Assembly: GCA_965112735.1 (NCBI GenBank)
Contig: OZ218951.1
Span: forward strand, 3,844,001-3,908,000
Source of the DNA: Phaeosaccion multiseriatum
Taxonomy: Eukaryota; Protista; Ochrophyta, other classes
Reading direction: 5' to 3'
DNA length: 64,000 nt
The stretch's first letter is position 1. Every line of letters begins with the position of its first letter. The notes beneath the pieces were generated by a model. It saw only the letters and a program-made list of their open reading frames with translations, was not told the DNA's origin and ran no database searches. The position numbers were made by a program, and so were the translations under genes. Shown piece by piece: positions 61,470-64,000 of this stretch.

Positions 61470-63179
61470 TCAAGAGTCCTTTCCCAAGAGCTCGTAGAAG
61501 AGGAGGTACGGGTGGCAGTGCCCCGCGGCCGGCAGCAGCACTGAGCCCTCCGAGATGGTCGTCACTGTTTGGTCGTCGCAGTCTTTCCAGTTCCCGAGCC
61601 TGTCCCGACACGAAATGGTGTAGTGGCCCCCCGAGATGTTCAAGCCATGGTGGAACACGACCCCCTTGAGCTGGTAGCGGGCCTTTTGCCCCTTGGCCCG
61701 CAGCGAGGCCCTCAGCTCCGCAGACATGCAATGCGCCGATCTCTCCTCCCCAAAGCTGTGCAAGTCCAACACGAGGGGAAAGGACACAAGCTTGCCCATC
61801 TTCCTTGCTCCAAAGTTGGGGTCGAAGTAAAACTGTTTGAGGTGTAGGGTCAGCACGTGCGGCAGTGACTGCAAAGATGTGCTCTTTGAGGCCCGGACGT
61901 GGACGGCGGACCTGCCTCCTTTGCCCTTCACTCCATCGAGCACCTCTCCGCTGAAATAAAGCCCCAGGGCGTCCTCCACACTGCTCACCTTGGCCGCGCC
62001 AATGTCTAGCTGGAGGCAGTGGAACGGGTCTAGCGTGGCCGAGACTGTACTCGTCCCTCCCCTCCGTACCTCCGACCGCACACTGCCTTGAAACAGATCC
62101 GTAATGATTGAAGACCCCAGGATGGCCTTGTCCACCCCCGCGCTATTGAGAACGGCCTTGGTGCCTCCCTTGCACACCTGTGCCCACCCCCCATCTCCAC
62201 CACTCCCTCCTCCCCCCCCCTCCTCCTCCGCCTCCCCCCCCCCCCCCTCATCTTGCCCACCTAGTCCACCCCCTTTCCCTTCTCCCCGAGTGGCAGAAGG
62301 TAGATTCCGTTTTGCTTCCACCACCTCCTCATGCAGCTTGTCGAGATAAAAGACGAGAAACTCGTGAGCGTCCTCCTGCTCCCCCTGGTTGTAGCTGCGG
62401 AAGGCACTAAACGTTTCCGCAAGGAAACCATCCGGCAACACAGCTCCATCGCTCTTGCTCACCACCTTCTTGTTCCACGCGAGATGGTGGTTTGGTTGCT
62501 TCCCGCCACCGCCTCCGCCCTTCTTGCCCCCCCCCCCACTGAGGCTGACGCTAGGCGCCTCAAACACAGATAGAAACTCCGCCAGCTGACACCAGGTCGG
62601 TAGCGTAGCCCTCCACACTGAGTCTTCCTGAGCGAGCTCGTCCTTGACCATGAGCAGCGTCTGCACCAGCGGCTCGCACGCGATGAGCGCCTGCAAAACC
62701 ACATTCCTAAAGCACGTATTGCCCGAGTTTATCAGGCCCCGCTGCAGAACTTCGAGGCCCATTGCGCCCGTCTCCCAGGTGTTTCGGCCCAGTAACCCCA
62801 TAACATCTACCGCAGGGGGGGCTGTCTTCAGCCCACACGGTTCTTGCGACAACGGGGCCCCATCTGCTGCTGGTGGTGCTGGTGGAGCTGGGGGCGGCGC
62901 CGGTTGCTGCTCCTGCTCCTCCTCCTGCTCCTGCTGCTGGCCATGCGCTGCATTAGACTGCTGAGGCTTGGCCGCCGGCTCTCTCAGTAGCGACGCCCAA
63001 GATGATGGAGGGGCCTTCTGGATGGCAGGCTCTCTCTGCTCCATAGGCGGGGCAGGCTCCGACGCCGCAGGCTGTGGAGATGCGCTATACTGACCCTTCC
63101 CGGAGCCCTCCACGACAATAGACTCTAGCTCATCCTCCACATCACCAAAATCGCCGAAGGTGAGTGTCTCGCCATCCAT
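61470..63179 (-). CDS. USP10: Ubiquitin-specific protease, USP10/Ubp3/UBP24-like
   Basis: Cys box RGLINSGNTCFRNVVLQAL, QEDAHEFL, LPHVLTLHLKQF, His box VVFHHG...GGHY, CDD, YLLFY. N-terminal FGDF motif. Confidence 0.85.
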   Translation of the reverse strand: MDGETLTFGDFGDVEDELESIVVEGSGKGQYSASPQPAASEPAPPMEQREPAIQKAPPSSWASLLREPAAKPQQSNAAHGQQQEQEEEQEQQPAPPPAPPAPPAADGAPLSQEPCGLKTAPPAVDVMGLLGRNTWETGAMGLEVLQRGLINSGNTCFRNVVLQALIACEPLVQTLLMVKDELAQEDSVWRATLPTWCQLAEFLSVFEAPSVSLSGGGGKKGGGGGGKQPNHHLAWNKKVVSKSDGAVLPDGFLAETFSAFRSYNQGEQEDAHEFLVFYLDKLHEEVVEAKRNLPSATRGEGKGGGLGGQDEGGGGEAEEEGGGGGSGGDGGWAQVCKGGTKAVLNSAGVDKAILGSSIITDLFQGSVRSEVRRGGTSTVSATLDPFHCLQLDIGAAKVSSVEDALGLYFSGEVLDGVKGKGGRSAVHVRASKSTSLQSLPHVLTLHLKQFYFDPNFGARKMGKLVSFPLVLDLHSFGEERSAHCMSAELRASLRAKGQKARYQLKGVVFHHGLNISGGHYTISCRDRLGNWKDCDDQTVTTISEGSVLLPAAGHCHPYLLFYELLGKDS

Positions 63180-63836
63180 ATTGGAAAGTAAGAGCGGGAA
63201 GGAGACGGAGGAGGAGCCGCCGTCGGAATCTCCCTGACTTACTTGGATGTGTGTGTGCGCGTGTGCGCGTTGGTGGTGATGGTGGTGTTGCGTGTGTGTG
63301 TGTATGCACCCTCTCACTTTGTACACCTGCTGTGAACATAGGTCTCCCTGCGGATTTGTGGGCAGGTCAAAGAGAAGAGATCAGGAGGGGCCCCCGAGGG
63401 GCCCTGTCAGCAGCAGCAGTAGACGATTACAACCGCACCGTGAACACCGAGGCGGAGGCATACAGGGGGGCGACTGAGGTGGGTGAGTAAGTGCGTGAGC
63501 GAGTGAGGTGCGTGCGTGAGTGAGTACATGCGCGAGAGTGAGTGACTACAAAGCAGAGGGGTGATCTTGACAACAATTCTCTCTATTGTATTGTAATGTA
63601 ATATTTCGTTAGGAGGTGTGTTGGCGTGGCCATACCAACCCTCTTTCTCTATGTTTCGCGGCCCCCTCAGCCGTGATGAATCCTCTGACGTGCTCTCAGC
63701 TTCTGGGCCGATGGCACGCCCCTGAGTGAGCCCGGCTATGGACAGCAGATAGCTGATAGCAGTCAGGGGTCGACCGTGACTGCTCAGTTCTTGCTGTGCG
63801 CATAGCTTCTCTATCCTTGTGGGACGCTTCAGAAAC

Positions 63837-64000
63837 TCAGAATCCAATCTTGAGATCCCAGTTCTTCAAGCGATCGTCAGCCTTGTCCCTGTCGTCTTCC
63901 TCCTCCTCCTCATCGTCGTCATCGTCATCATCATCATCATCATCGTCATAATCATCATCATCCTCCTCCTCGTCATCATCATCATCATCATCATCATCAT
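63837..64000 (-). CDS. 3' end of a gene running off the window; poly-Asp/Glu tail ending DRLKNWDLKIGF
   Basis: Open minus frame through the (GAT)n tract with synonymous GAC/GAG variation. TGA at 63837-63839. Confidence 0.55.
   Translation of the reverse strand, partial: DDDDDDDDDEEEDDDDYDDDDDDDDDDDDEEEEEDDRDKADDRLKNWDLKIGF

Noticed and set aside
1-64000. Operon-like functional cluster, viral insert or recoded genetic code
   Set aside because: Genes are functionally unrelated housekeeping loci with ordinary introns. TAA, TAG and TGA all act as stops, and no in-frame stops were needed in conserved genes.

Overview
This is eukaryotic, GC-rich, intron-rich genomic DNA, not prokaryotic. Six genes carry a signal peptide followed by Phe (ASAFAP-like bipartite plastid presequence), which points to a photosynthetic stramenopile (ochrophyte); this is an inference. 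About 22 spliced protein-coding genes can be reconstructed from GT-AG sites and conserved motifs. In order: FHA-PP2C, Maf, PARP-fold protein, Lys/Arg decarboxylase, SEC3, LRRCC1-like, ARPC3, rhodanese, RPAP3, CYP38-like, CXIP4-like, SDR, PDI, GARP-type Myb, Clu-domain protein, atypical thioredoxin, a ~2500-aa Tudor-like/Zn-finger/helical protein, plastid NFU, DUSP, DBP8/DDX49, SLU7 and USP10-like. There is also one tRNA-Val(CAC). Genes are densely packed, mostly as head-to-head pairs, and introns are full of microsatellites. The most interesting unexplained signals are: (1) a ~1-kb hairpin-dense non-coding block (about 4690-5640) downstream of an atypical tRNA-Val, with Pol III-type T-tracts and one segment loosely resembling RNase P/MRP architecture; (2) a tandem pair of structured units with mutually exclusive helices in intron 1 of the plastid NFU gene; (3) the giant gene with a duplicated Tudor-like + Zn-finger module and a probable intron born from tandem duplication. 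Most short ORFs in the supplied track are shadows of GC-rich or microsatellite sequence. All family calls come from motif recognition by eye; no database search was run.
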